A stretch of 64,000 nucleotides of DNA, taken from positions 3,168,001 to 3,232,000 of the forward strand of contig OY762463.1 of the NCBI GenBank assembly GCA_963665815.1, read 5' to 3'. The position numbers were made by a program, and so were the translations under genes. This document shows positions 29,718 through 40,400 of the stretch, in pieces. The stretch comes from Candidatus Cloacimonadales bacterium. Its GTDB lineage: Bacteria > Cloacimonadota > Cloacimonadia > Cloacimonadales > JAIOQZ01. The stretch's first letter is position 1. Each line of letters starts with the position of its first letter. Below the pieces are notes generated by a model that did no database searches, was not told the origin of the DNA, and saw nothing but the letters and a program-made list of their open reading frames with translations.

Positions 29718-30829
29718 TTAATCACGTATACATACATATACCATTCTGCATAAAGAAATGCGGATATTGCTCTTTCTATTCAGAAACATTTACACAAGAA
29801 CTCTGTTTAATCTACATAAAAGCTCTCAAAAAAGAGATTAAGCAATTTCTTCAGAATAATTCTGTTAAAGCGGACACAATCTATTTTGGTGGTGGGACTC
29901 CATCTTTGCTGAGTGTTGATCTGATTTCGGATATTCTATCACTCTTTGAAAGACAGGACAACTGCGAAATCACACTGGAAACTAACCCGGGAACTGTAGA
30001 CAGCAACTACTTCAATCAGCTCAAGGAAAAGACTCCGGTAAACAGAATCAGTCTTGGGGTGCAGTCACTCGATGAAAAGGAACTTAAGTACCTGCAGAGA
30101 ATTCATAGTGCTGAACAGGTTTACAAGACTGTCAAAGACATCAAAGCTGTCGGTTTCGATAATTTTTCATTAGATCTTATTTACGGATTGCCTGATCAGA
30201 GTATTGAGCAGGTATTGGCAAGCCTCAGGAAAATGGTTGAGCTGAATCCTGCCCATATATCTATCTACAATCTGAGTCTTGAAAAGGACGCTCCACTTTA
30301 TGGTGACCTGGAATGGCTTCCTAATGATGATTTGTGCAACAGGATGTATTACAGTATTTTGGAATATCTTGACAGCGAATCATACAATATTTATGAATTA
30401 TCTAACTTTGCTGAAACAGGTAAAGAGTCCAGACATAATCTTTCATACTGGAACTACAAAAACTATGCGGGATTTGGTGCAGGAGCGTCGGGTTTTGTGA
30501 ATAATATCCGATACAAGAATCCTGAAGATTTGCAGGAGTACTACCGTATTGTGAATGATAACCACATGCCGGACGATGTTGTGGAGCTTACCGAAAGTGA
30601 TATGATTTCCGAATATGCTTTCCTTAATCTACGCAAGACAGAAGGGTTGAATAGGAAGGATTTTAAAAGTCGATTCAACAGAGATTTTTCAGATGTCTAC
30701 GGTGCTGTAACTGCAAAGCTCATGAAGCAAGAACTCCTGGAAGAAGCAGGAGATTATATCAGATTGACACCTGAAGCATATTTTGTTTCTAACTCAGTTT
30801 TTATGGAATTTCTCATTGAGGAGATATAG
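29714..30829 (+). CDS. hemW: Radical SAM heme chaperone HemW
   Basis: YIHIPFCIKKCGYCSF, GGGTPS, RISLGVQS, YELSNF, HNLSYW. Confidence 0.9.
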   Translation: MINHVYIHIPFCIKKCGYCSFYSETFTQELCLIYIKALKKEIKQFLQNNSVKADTIYFGGGTPSLLSVDLISDILSLFERQDNCEITLETNPGTVDSNYFNQLKEKTPVNRISLGVQSLDEKELKYLQRIHSAEQVYKTVKDIKAVGFDNFSLDLIYGLPDQSIEQVLASLRKMVELNPAHISIYNLSLEKDAPLYGDLEWLPNDDLCNRMYYSILEYLDSESYNIYELSNFAETGKESRHNLSYWNYKNYAGFGAGASGFVNNIRYKNPEDLQEYYRIVNDNHMPDDVVELTESDMISEYAFLNLRKTEGLNRKDFKSRFNRDFSDVYGAVTAKLMKQELLEEAGDYIRLTPEAYFVSNSVFMEFLIEEI

Positions 30830-31939
30830 ATGAATTTATACGACTTACGCAAAAGAATACATAAGATTCCGGAAAGAGGTTTTTCCGAATTCAAAACACA
30901 AGAGCTTATTCTTGAGATATTGAGTAACTATCCGGAACTTACAATAAAGACTTTCGATTTCACTGGGATTATTGCCAGCTATAAAGGCAGTGATTCGGAT
31001 GAATACATTTTATTTCGCTCTGATATGGACGCTCTGCCTATCAGGGAAGAGACTGACTGTGATTTCCGGTCTGAGCATGTAGGCTTTATGCATGCCTGTG
31101 GACATGATATTCACATGACGATCCTCCTGGGACTTATCGACAGGCTGATGGCAGACAAGCCCAAAGCAAACTATCTGTTTGTATTCCAACCCGCAGAGGA
31201 AGGACTGGGAGGAGCTGAGAAGCTTTTAGGCTCGGGATATCTCGATCAGTTTTGCATAAAGGAAGCGTATGCCCTGCATGTGTCAGGTGATTATCCTGTA
31301 GGCACTGTGGCAACCAACGATAAGATCCTGTTCGGTATTCCTCAGGAATTTAAAGTCAACTTCCATGGTAGAAGCTCCCATATAGCCTTTCCAAACAGAG
31401 GAAAGGACGCACTGGCTGCAGGTGTGCAGTTTTACCAGACAATGCAGACTCTGATGAATCTGGAATTTCCGGCAACAGAACCTGTGATTTTCTACATTGG
31501 AACCTGCCACGCAGGCAATGTGATGAATGCAGTCCCGGATAACTGCGAGTTTGAAGGAACTACCCGAAGCCTGACTAAGGATAATCACGATAAAATCAAT
31601 ATGCTGATTGAGCGAACTGCTGATAGTATCGCCCGGGCTTATGGATTGGAAAGCGAAGTTGAGTTTCTCAATACCTATGATCCGGTAGTTAACAGCCCTG
31701 AACTCTACAGAAAACTCGAAGAGCTGTTACCGAAGAACGTTAACTTAAGATATGTTGAACCACTGATGACAGGTGAGGACTTTGGATTCTTCACAACGAA
31801 GTATAAGGGATTGCTTTTCTGGCTTGGAGCCGGGGAGAAGAGCGGAGATCTGCATTCGGAAAAGTTTCTTCCGAATGAGAAGTGTATTGATGTAGGAATA
31901 AACGTTTTACATGCTTTGGCAGTAAAAAATATTGACTGA
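30830..31939 (+). CDS. M20 amidohydrolase (N-acetyldiaminopimelate deacetylase-like)
   Basis: RSDMDALP, MHACGHD, FQPAEEG, GEDFG. Confidence 0.85.
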   Translation: MNLYDLRKRIHKIPERGFSEFKTQELILEILSNYPELTIKTFDFTGIIASYKGSDSDEYILFRSDMDALPIREETDCDFRSEHVGFMHACGHDIHMTILLGLIDRLMADKPKANYLFVFQPAEEGLGGAEKLLGSGYLDQFCIKEAYALHVSGDYPVGTVATNDKILFGIPQEFKVNFHGRSSHIAFPNRGKDALAAGVQFYQTMQTLMNLEFPATEPVIFYIGTCHAGNVMNAVPDNCEFEGTTRSLTKDNHDKINMLIERTADSIARAYGLESEVEFLNTYDPVVNSPELYRKLEELLPKNVNLRYVEPLMTGEDFGFFTTKYKGLLFWLGAGEKSGDLHSEKFLPNEKCIDVGINVLHALAVKNID

Positions 31940-31990
31940 TATTCAGACAAAAACTTGTTTTGTATAAACATAAAAAATATTGGAGGATAA

Positions 31991-33082
31991 ATGAGTTACC
32001 GTGTTTTGGCTATTAATCCGGGATCTACTTCAACAAAAATAGCAGTATTTGAAGACAAAGAAAATCTTTTTACAAAAGTTCTGAGACATGACCCTGCTGA
32101 ACTGGAAAATTTTGGTGGAATCATCGAACAGTATGAATTTCGTAAAAACCTTGTTGTAGAAGCTGTAAAAGAAAATGATATCACAATTGAATCGCTTAAT
32201 GCTGTAGTTGGTAGAGGCGGACTGGTTCGCGCACTTGAAGGTGGAACATACGAAATTAACGATACAATGCTGGCAGATCTGAAAGATCCTACAAAATGGG
32301 GAAGAATTCATGCCTCTAATCTTGGTGCTTTCATCGCAAAATCTATTGCTGACGAAATCGGTGTAAGATCATTCATCGTTGACCCTGTAACAGTTGACGA
32401 GTTTGAAGAACTTGCAAGAGTATCAGGTATTCCTGAAATTAAAAGACAATCACTCTTCCACGCTCTTAACATTCGTTATACAGCAAGACTGCTTGCTGAT
32501 CAGCTTGGAAAAGACTTTGATAAAATGAATATGGTTGCTGTTCACATGGGCGGCGGAATCTCCATTTGCGCTATCAAACAAGGTAAAGTTGTTGATACTA
32601 ACAACGCACTTCTCGGAATGGGACCTTTCTCTCCACAGAGAGCCGGTGCACTCCCAATAGGTGACCTTCTTGATATGGCTTACTCAGGCGACTGGACTAA
32701 GAAACAGCTTACAGGTTACCTTGCTAAAAAAGCAGGTCTGATGGCTTATCTTGGAACAGATGACGGTCTGTATATTGAAAAAGAAATTGAAAAACTTAAA
32801 AACGGTGAAGACGGCAACAAAGATGCTAAATTCTACCACGATGCAATGTGTTACCAGATTGCTAAAGAAATCGGTGGATACGCAACTGTAGTTGACGGTA
32901 AAGTTGATGCTATTTTCCTTACAGGCGGACTTTGCTACAATCCGTTCCTCGTGGAAGAACTTACAAGAAGAACAGGATTTATTGCTCCAGTACATGTATT
33001 CCCGGGAGAAAAAGAAATGGAAGCCCTTACTCAGGGTGCTGTCCGTGTTCTTAACGGTACAGAAGCGGCAAGAGAATATTAA
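31991..33082 (+). CDS. buk: Butyrate kinase
   Basis: INPGSTSTK, GRGG, HASNLG, VDPV, HALN, HMGGGIS. Confidence 0.95.
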   Translation: MSYRVLAINPGSTSTKIAVFEDKENLFTKVLRHDPAELENFGGIIEQYEFRKNLVVEAVKENDITIESLNAVVGRGGLVRALEGGTYEINDTMLADLKDPTKWGRIHASNLGAFIAKSIADEIGVRSFIVDPVTVDEFEELARVSGIPEIKRQSLFHALNIRYTARLLADQLGKDFDKMNMVAVHMGGGISICAIKQGKVVDTNNALLGMGPFSPQRAGALPIGDLLDMAYSGDWTKKQLTGYLAKKAGLMAYLGTDDGLYIEKEIEKLKNGEDGNKDAKFYHDAMCYQIAKEIGGYATVVDGKVDAIFLTGGLCYNPFLVEELTRRTGFIAPVHVFPGEKEMEALTQGAVRVLNGTEAAREY

Positions 33083-33104
33083 GAAAACTATTAGAAATAT
33101 ATAT

Positions 33105-33137
33105 GCACCATCGGGGAGACTCGGTGGTGTTTTTTTT
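33105..33137 (+). terminator. Terminator after buk (duplicated near 36052-36081)
   Basis: GCACCATCGGG-gaga-CTCGGTGGTGT plus T-run. Confidence 0.8.
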
Positions 33138-33157
33138 GTGTTTTTGGGGATAGTGTG

Positions 33158-33489
33158 TATGTGTCGCAGATTTTCCCGATTATTCGGGACTCAATCAACT
33201 TAACCTACTGATAAACTCAAAGTTGAAAGCTCCCTGACAGACTGTGTAATAACGCAAGTTATCTAATAGTTAATAGTAATTTATGTCGCAGGTTTTCCCG
33301 ATTACTCGGGACTCAACCAGCTTAACATATTGATATATAATGACAAGATCGCTCCCTGACAGCCTGTGTAAAAACGCGAAATATCTTGAAATTTGCAATA
33401 ATTTATGTCGCGATTTCGACTCCGCTCAATCAGCGTAACTTACTGAAAAAGTAAGAGTTGTAAGCACCCAGAGCGGAGTCGAAGGGAAG
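33158..33489. repeat. Three degenerate tandem units with 122-bp period (REP/MITE-like array)
   Basis: TGTCGC at 33162, 33284, 33406; GCTCCCTGACAG at 33229 and 33351; third unit has inverted pair TTCGACTCCGCTC / GAGCGGAGTCGAA. Confidence 0.8.
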
Positions 33490-33757
33490 GTGTTTTAACT
33501 GATTTAATCAACAAAAATCCATAGAAAAAAACTTCCTTGACATCGAATGGAACACAAGTTTGATTTTGTTGTAATTTGGATAAAAGAATTACACAGGGAA
33601 TTATCTGGGGTTGAGAATACAATAATACGTGAATAGCATTTTTTCAACCTTTTATGATTTTCCTTTCTTATTAACACATTGGAGGTTACTATGATAAAGT
33701 ATTACAGAATTGAATAGAAGTAATGTACTGTGTGATTTTGAATTATTGGAGGAAAGT

Positions 33758-34855
33758 ATGAACAGAACGCAAACATGGATTTTAGTTTTGCTGTTAATTG
33801 CAATACTGGAATGTTCCTGTACAAATCCAAATGAAGCAACTGACCCAAATGTGACAGTATGGAGAAAGAAAGACTCTCCTATTATAGTTGACTCTCTTGT
33901 TCATGTGAAAGCAGGTGAGACCCTGCGAATTGAAAAAGGAGTTACTGTGCTGCTTAAGAGTAGTGTATTGCCTTTAGGTGTTTTTAGTGATTCATTGTCT
34001 TATATCTTCAACTTTGATGAGCCTAAGGTTGGTATGATTCGGGTTGATGGAAGACTTGAAGCAATTGGTTCCGAAGAAGAACCAATTACAATGACAAGGA
34101 GTGGAGAAGGTTATTGGGGAGCGATATATGCTGATACAAGTTCAGTGTTAAATTTGATATATTGTAATATAAGTTATTCCTCGGGGATAGAAAGTGAAAA
34201 CTTAGGATATTTTACTTCAGCTAGTATCTGGTTCAAAAACAGTTCAGGTTCAATAGTGAGATGCTCTTTTGAGAATAATGAGTTCAGGAGCATTTTATGT
34301 GAGAATGCCAGTCCAATTATAAGACGAAATTTATTCGAATTTGGTGGTGTAATTACTCTCAAAGACTCATCCCCCGTCATTGATAATAATATAATGATAG
34401 GTGGTTTTATGGCTTTTTCTATTAGAGGGCATTCAAGTCCTTATATCATTAATAATACTATTTCAAATTATATTGAAGGTTTAGCAACCTATACTTACGA
34501 TGATGAAGTATTTCCAGTCATAAAGAACAATATTTTCTGGAGAATTGAATCATTTTTTATAACACGCCCTGCAAACAGTTATTGCACTTTTAAGTTCAAC
34601 TTACTTAGCAGAGATGGAATTGATTATAAAACAGATTATGACAGTAACTTAGTATGGCTTAATCCTCTATTGACAGATGAAGAAAATTGTAATTACAATT
34701 TGTCAGAAGATTCTCCGATGATTGATGTTGGCTGCACGGAAATTGAAGGATATGAGTTCCCTGAATACGATTTTTATGGCAATAAGCGTATTTCCGGAGG
34801 TAAGGTGGATATAGGAGCTGCAGAGTTTATTAATGTAGAAGCTAACGAGGGATAA
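33758..34855 (+). CDS. Parallel beta-helix lipoprotein, paralog 1
   Basis: Signal peptide with Cys; SSPxIxNN repeats; C-terminal DSPMIDVG..DFYGNKR..VDIGAAE. Confidence 0.8.
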   Translation: MNRTQTWILVLLLIAILECSCTNPNEATDPNVTVWRKKDSPIIVDSLVHVKAGETLRIEKGVTVLLKSSVLPLGVFSDSLSYIFNFDEPKVGMIRVDGRLEAIGSEEEPITMTRSGEGYWGAIYADTSSVLNLIYCNISYSSGIESENLGYFTSASIWFKNSSGSIVRCSFENNEFRSILCENASPIIRRNLFEFGGVITLKDSSPVIDNNIMIGGFMAFSIRGHSSPYIINNTISNYIEGLATYTYDDEVFPVIKNNIFWRIESFFITRPANSYCTFKFNLLSRDGIDYKTDYDSNLVWLNPLLTDEENCNYNLSEDSPMIDVGCTEIEGYEFPEYDFYGNKRISGGKVDIGAAEFINVEANEG

Positions 34856-34875
34856 GACAGATGATGGAGGAAAGT

Positions 34876-35982
34876 ATGAACAGAACGCAAACATGGATTT
34901 TAGTTTTGCTGTTAATTGCAATACTGGAATGTTCCTGTACAAACCCGAATGAAGCAACTGACCCGAATGTAACAGTTTGGACAAAGAAAGATTCTCCCAT
35001 AATAGTTGACTCTCTTGTTCATGTGAAAGCAGGTGAAACCCTGCGAATTGAAAAAGGTGTTACTGTGCTGCTTAAGAGTAGTGTATTGCCATTGTATTAT
35101 ACTAATGAATCAGAAAATAAATCTGATATAGACTCTTTGAAATTTCTTTTTAGTATAAATGATCCTCATGTGGGGCTTATTAGGATAGATGGTAATTTTG
35201 AAGCATGTGGAACTGATTCAGAACCTATAGTTTTTACAAGAAATGGTAATGGATACAGCGGTGGGATATACGCAGATACATGTTCAGTGATAAGTCTGAA
35301 TTACTGCCATATTAGTTATATGGGAGGGATGATTAAAGAGTCTGCAGATTATTTTATTGAAACAACTTTCTTCCTGAATGGTAGTTCTGGGGCGATCACT
35401 GGTTGTGTTATTGATAAAAATTTAGGAAGAGCAATAACCTTATATAACTCAGATCACACAATTAGAGGTAACAGATTTGAAACTGATACAGGATTTACTA
35501 TAAAGAATTCATCCCCTGTTATTGATAACAATGTTTTTATAGATGGTTTTATGGCTTTTTTCTGTAGTGAAAACTCAAATCCATATATTATAAATAATAC
35601 AATAGCAAACTATGTTGAAGGAATTACCGTATTTACTTTCAAGCAGTTCGGAGGTAATCCAATCATAATGAATAACATATTCTGGGAGCTAGATTCACAT
35701 TACCTAACAAAAGGTGCTAATAGTGTTTACACTTTTGAATATAATCTTATTGTTCAAAAAGGTATTACAAGTACTACGATTAAAGGTCATAACTGGGCAA
35801 GCGAAAATCCTCATTTTGCAGATGAAGATAATGAAAATTACATGTTATTAGCGGATTCTCCGATGATTGATGTAGGCTGTACGGAAATTGAAGGATATGA
35901 GTTCCCTGAATACGATTTCTATGGCAATAAACGTATTTTCGGTGGAAAGGTGGATGTAGGAGCATCTGAGTTTATTAGATAA
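34876..35982 (+). CDS. Parallel beta-helix lipoprotein, paralog 2
   Basis: Near-identical SD, N-terminus and C-terminus to paralog 1 with a divergent middle. Confidence 0.8.
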   Translation: MNRTQTWILVLLLIAILECSCTNPNEATDPNVTVWTKKDSPIIVDSLVHVKAGETLRIEKGVTVLLKSSVLPLYYTNESENKSDIDSLKFLFSINDPHVGLIRIDGNFEACGTDSEPIVFTRNGNGYSGGIYADTCSVISLNYCHISYMGGMIKESADYFIETTFFLNGSSGAITGCVIDKNLGRAITLYNSDHTIRGNRFETDTGFTIKNSSPVIDNNVFIDGFMAFFCSENSNPYIINNTIANYVEGITVFTFKQFGGNPIIMNNIFWELDSHYLTKGANSVYTFEYNLIVQKGITSTTIKGHNWASENPHFADEDNENYMLLADSPMIDVGCTEIEGYEFPEYDFYGNKRIFGGKVDVGASEFIR

Positions 35983-36049
35983 AAAGACTCTTTTCTTCAA
36001 TAACTTAGAAAGTTTAAATTGGAAAAGATCTCAAATAAAATTATGATAG

Positions 36050-36198
36050 ATGCACCATCGGGGAGACTCGGTGTTTTTTTTGTGTTTTTGGGGATAGTGT
36101 GTATGTGTCGCAGATTTTCCCGATTACTCGGGACTCAACCAGCTTAACATATTGATATATAATGACAAGATCGCTCCCTGAGCGGAGTCGAAGGGAAG
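36050..36198. repeat. Direct-repeat copy of the buk terminator plus one composite REP/MITE unit
   Basis: Near-identical to 33103-33180, then 33295-33359, then 33471-33489. Confidence 0.85.
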
Positions 36199-36294
36199 AT
36201 GCTTTTAAAGAGAGTTACTAGTATCTTATAAGGATATGGATGCAGTTGAAATTATTGCCTGGAGTGTATAATAATCACATTGAAAAAAGTTACT

Positions 36295-37128
36295 CTATAA
36301 AATTCTGTCCTCAGGTTCATATCTTAGAGTGGGTTTTTTAAGAAGATAATCTGCTAAGTCTTTGTCAGTAGGAATTATAATATCAGTAAATATATTCTCA
36401 ACAAATGGCGCCATCAAGTGAAGATCTTCTGACTCTGGCTCGATGCCACATTCTAGACAATCAACATAGTCTGAAGCTCTAAAGTAAGATTATCTTATAA
36501 CATATAAATATGAAAAATTCTCAATAAATATCAAGGATATATCGCTGAAAAAATGATTAAGAAATGATGTATCAAAATAGGTAGGTATTTCATTATTCAA
36601 AAACGTGTAAATCATATTGTTGTAATGAGTATGATCGTTGCACCTATCTCTTATCCTTTTATATTTTTCATTTGTTTCTATGTCAAATTTCTCATATATT
36701 TCAGATAAGGCAGGAAATTTTTTTATCTCTTCCGCAATTTTAGAGATACTAAGTGATTTGTGGTTTGATTTGCACCATTCAATAATTTTTGCAGGTCTCA
36801 ACAAAGAATCTAATGGATCTGTAAAAATATCTATACTCTCAGCATGTTTTTCAGATTCAATTATAAAATATACACACATATATCCAGCATCAATAACTTT
36901 TCTCAATAAAGCATAAACATCATTAAAATGACCTTTCTTCATCAGTACTTCAATTGACTTATATGTATTTGATATTGCCTGTAAAAAATGGGCATCAACA
37001 TTATGGATAGTACCAAACATGTGGTGAATATGGTCAAATGCAGTAAAAGATAGTGAATCATAGAATCCTATAATGTGTTTTAGCTTCTTGAATCCAGGAT
37101 GCTCATGGATTTTGTTGGTCATGTGCAT
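36295..37128 (-). pseudogene. Hypothetical protein gene interrupted by an in-frame TAA at 36490-36492
   Basis: 212-aa ORF continues in frame for 64 more codons past the stop (SYFRASDYVDCLECGIEP..APFVENIF..); AT-rich, opposite strand to neighbours. Confidence 0.6.
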
Positions 37129-37427
37129 ATACTAATCCTAATTGTTTTTATGAAAACTTCATAGTATGTCTTAGTAACCAATAAAACAATTTTACCATTG
37201 TTATTCCTATTAGTATAGTATTTATATAAAAATTTCTGCTCATAAGTTATAAATCAAGTAAAACTATTTGATGTTGCATTTACTGATTTAACATTCATTT
37301 AAAATCTACACATTAATCGTTAAAAATGAACATTCCTACCTCTCCCAATTTATTTTCTAAAACCCTTTGACATTTATCACGAAAAAAGAGAACATGCATT
37401 TTTAGAATAAAACTCACGGAGTACTCA

Positions 37428-40400
37428 ATGGCATTCGTGCATCTGCATAACCACACACAATACAGCTTACTCGACGGCGCATGCCGTGTCGATAAAATGG
37501 TCAACCTCGCTAAAGAATATGATATGCCGGCTGTCGCAATGACTGACCACGGTAACATGTTCGGTACAATAGATTTTTACAATAAAGCAAATAAAGCCGG
37601 AATCAAACCTATCATCGGGATGGAAGCATATATAGTTAACGATGATCTGGAAGATCCGAAATCAAAGACAAACCCCAGACATCACCTGGTTCTGCTCGTA
37701 AAAAACCTGCAGGGCTACAAAAACCTCATGAAACTCAGCTCCATAGCTTATACAAAAGGTTTTTACTATAGACCACGTATCAGCAAAAAGGTTCTGGAAG
37801 AACATCATGAGGGGCTGATCTGTCTGTCGGCGTGTCTCGCAGGGGAAATCCCCAGTCTGCTTCTCAAAAAGAAATACGATGAAGCCGAAGAAGTCATTGC
37901 CTGGTACAAGAAACTGTTCCCTGATGCTTATTATATTGAGCTGATGAATCACGGTTTGGAAGAAGAAGTTGCCGTTCTGCCGGAGCTGGTTAAAATTGCG
38001 GAAAAAACAAATACTCCCATGGTGGTCACCAATGACTGTCACTACCTCAAGCGTGCCGATGCCAAGGCACATGAAGTGTTATTGTGTATCCAGACCGGTA
38101 AATCACTGGCTGATCCGGACAGAATGACATTCGAGTCTCACGAGCTTTACTTCAAGACTGAGCAGGAAATGCGCGATTTGTTCCCAAATATGGATTCCGC
38201 TTTTGAAAATACTGTTAAAATTGCCGAACAGGTCGAATTCGATCTGCCATATAAAGACTTCCTATTCCCGAAAACCGACTTGCCCGAAGGATTTACAGAT
38301 CCGTATCTCTACTTGCGTCACCTCTGTGATGAAGGAATCAAACAGAAATACGGTGAGGAGACCAAGGAAATACGTGATCGACTGGACTTTGAGCTGGATG
38401 TAATCCACCAGATGGGCTATGTGGGATATTTCCTTATTGTGAAAGACTTTATTGATGCTGCAAGAGACAGGGAGATTCCTGTGGGACCCGGACGGGGTTC
38501 TGCTGCAGGTAGTATTGTTGCTTACCTGTTGGATATAACGCGGCTTGATCCGCTTAAATACGGCTTGCTTTTTGAGAGATTCCTCGATTTGAAACGGGTT
38601 GGAATGCCGGATATCGATATTGATTTCTGCGCTGAAGGTCGGGGAGAGGTAATTGACTATGTGGTCGAGAAGTATGGACGACAGAGTGTGTCTCAGATTG
38701 TTACTTTCGGTACTCTTGGGGCGAAATCTGTAATTAAGGATGTTGCCCGTGTGCTGGATGTTGCTCCTGCGGAAGCAAACAGAATAACTAAGCTGATGCC
38801 TTCCGGACCAAAAGTTACGCTTGCAAAAGCCTTGAAAGAAGCTCCGGAATTTGCCGAATACATGGCAGGTAACGAAATATATAAATCAATCCTGGAATAC
38901 AGTATGGTGCTGGAAGGTCTGATCCGTCAGATTGGTATCCATGCCGCCGGAGTTGTGATAGGTCCCGGTGACCTTAGTGATTACGCTCCTGTGGCAATCA
39001 GCAGTCAGAAAGACGGTCCACCTGCAGTACTCGTGCAGTACGAGGGGAAATGGCTCGATGATCTTAAAATGTTGAAGATGGACTTTCTTGGATTAAAGAC
39101 TCTTACAGTAATAAAAAGAGCAATTCAGTTAGTGAAAGACGGGAAGAATATTGATATTGATATAGATAATGTAGATCTGACAGACCAAAAAGCATACGAA
39201 CTGCTTTCCATGGGAATGACCGACGGGATTTTCCAGTTTGAGTCTGCAGGTATGAAAAAATATCTGAAAGAGCTGAAACCTACCTGTTTTGATGATATTA
39301 TTGCGATGGTAGCTCTTTACAGACCGGGTCCAATTCAGTTTATTCCGAATTATATTAACCGTAAACACGGTATCGAACCTATAGAGTATGATCACGAGCT
39401 GACAAAAGCAGCTCTGGAAGAAACGTATGGAGTGACTGTCTATCAGGAACAGGTGATGAGGATATCCAAAGAGATGTCCGGATTTACCAGTGCGGAAGCT
39501 GGACAGCTCAGAAAAGCGATTTCCAAGAAAAAAGAAGACCTGATGAATAAGATGCACATAAAGTTTGCTGATGGTGCGGTTAAAAACGGTGTAACGAGAG
39601 AAACAGCCGATAAGATCTGGAAGGACTGGGAGGGTTTTGCGAACTACGCATTCAATAAAAGTCATGCGGCTTGCTATGCCTTTATTGCATTTCAGACAGC
39701 TTATCTTAAGGCTCATTATCCCGTTGAGTTCATGGCAGCTCTTCTTACAATGGAAAATGATCCTGCAAAAATTCCGTATTTCCTCGATGAATGTAAAAAC
39801 ATGGGAATCAGGGTTATTCCACCTAATGTGAATGAAAGTTTCAGAGAATTTTCCGTAAAAGACGGAGCAATACTATTTGGACTGCGCGGCATTAAGAATG
39901 TCGGTAGTGCTGCTATTGCTGAAATTATACGTGAACGTGATGCTGATGGTAAGTTTACCAGCATATTCCAGTTTTGTGAGCGTTTAGACACAATGATTGT
40001 TAACAAAACGGTTGTGGAAAGTTTGATTTTCGCAGGTGCAACAGATGAACTTGAAGGAAACAGGGCTCAGCAGTACGCAAGTATTGAGGATGCTCAGAAT
40101 AATGCAAGTGTTGTACAGGCTGAGAAAAACAGTGATCAGATAAATCTGTTTGATGCATTCCATTCAGATAACAAAGAAGAAAAATCTTATGACTATAAAC
40201 TCCCGGATGTGAACAACTGGACAATCAGGGAGAAGTTGGAGCATGAGAGGAGTGTGCTTGGGTTTTATATTTCGGGGCACCCTCTACAGCAGCATAAGCA
40301 TATTATGGATTATTATTGCAATTGTAATTCAGTCGATTTTAAAGAGAAAAATGTTAGATTAATAAAAATACTGGGACTTGTTTCAGAAGTTAAAACAAAA

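Noticed and set aside
32892-33203. 103-aa ORF overlapping the buk 3' end
   Set aside because: Out-of-frame overlap that runs through the terminator and repeat; no coding evidence.
33158-33489. CRISPR array
   Set aside because: Period is 122 bp, units are degenerate along their whole length, there are no unique spacers between identical repeats, and no cas genes are nearby.
33758-35982. Diversity-generating retroelement TR/VR pair
   Set aside because: No reverse transcriptase in the window, and differences between the copies are not confined to adenines.
39129-39716. 195-aa antisense ORF and similar shadow ORFs (e.g. 52031-52525, 29007-29399)
   Set aside because: They lie fully opposite well-supported genes and have no recognisable motifs or SD.
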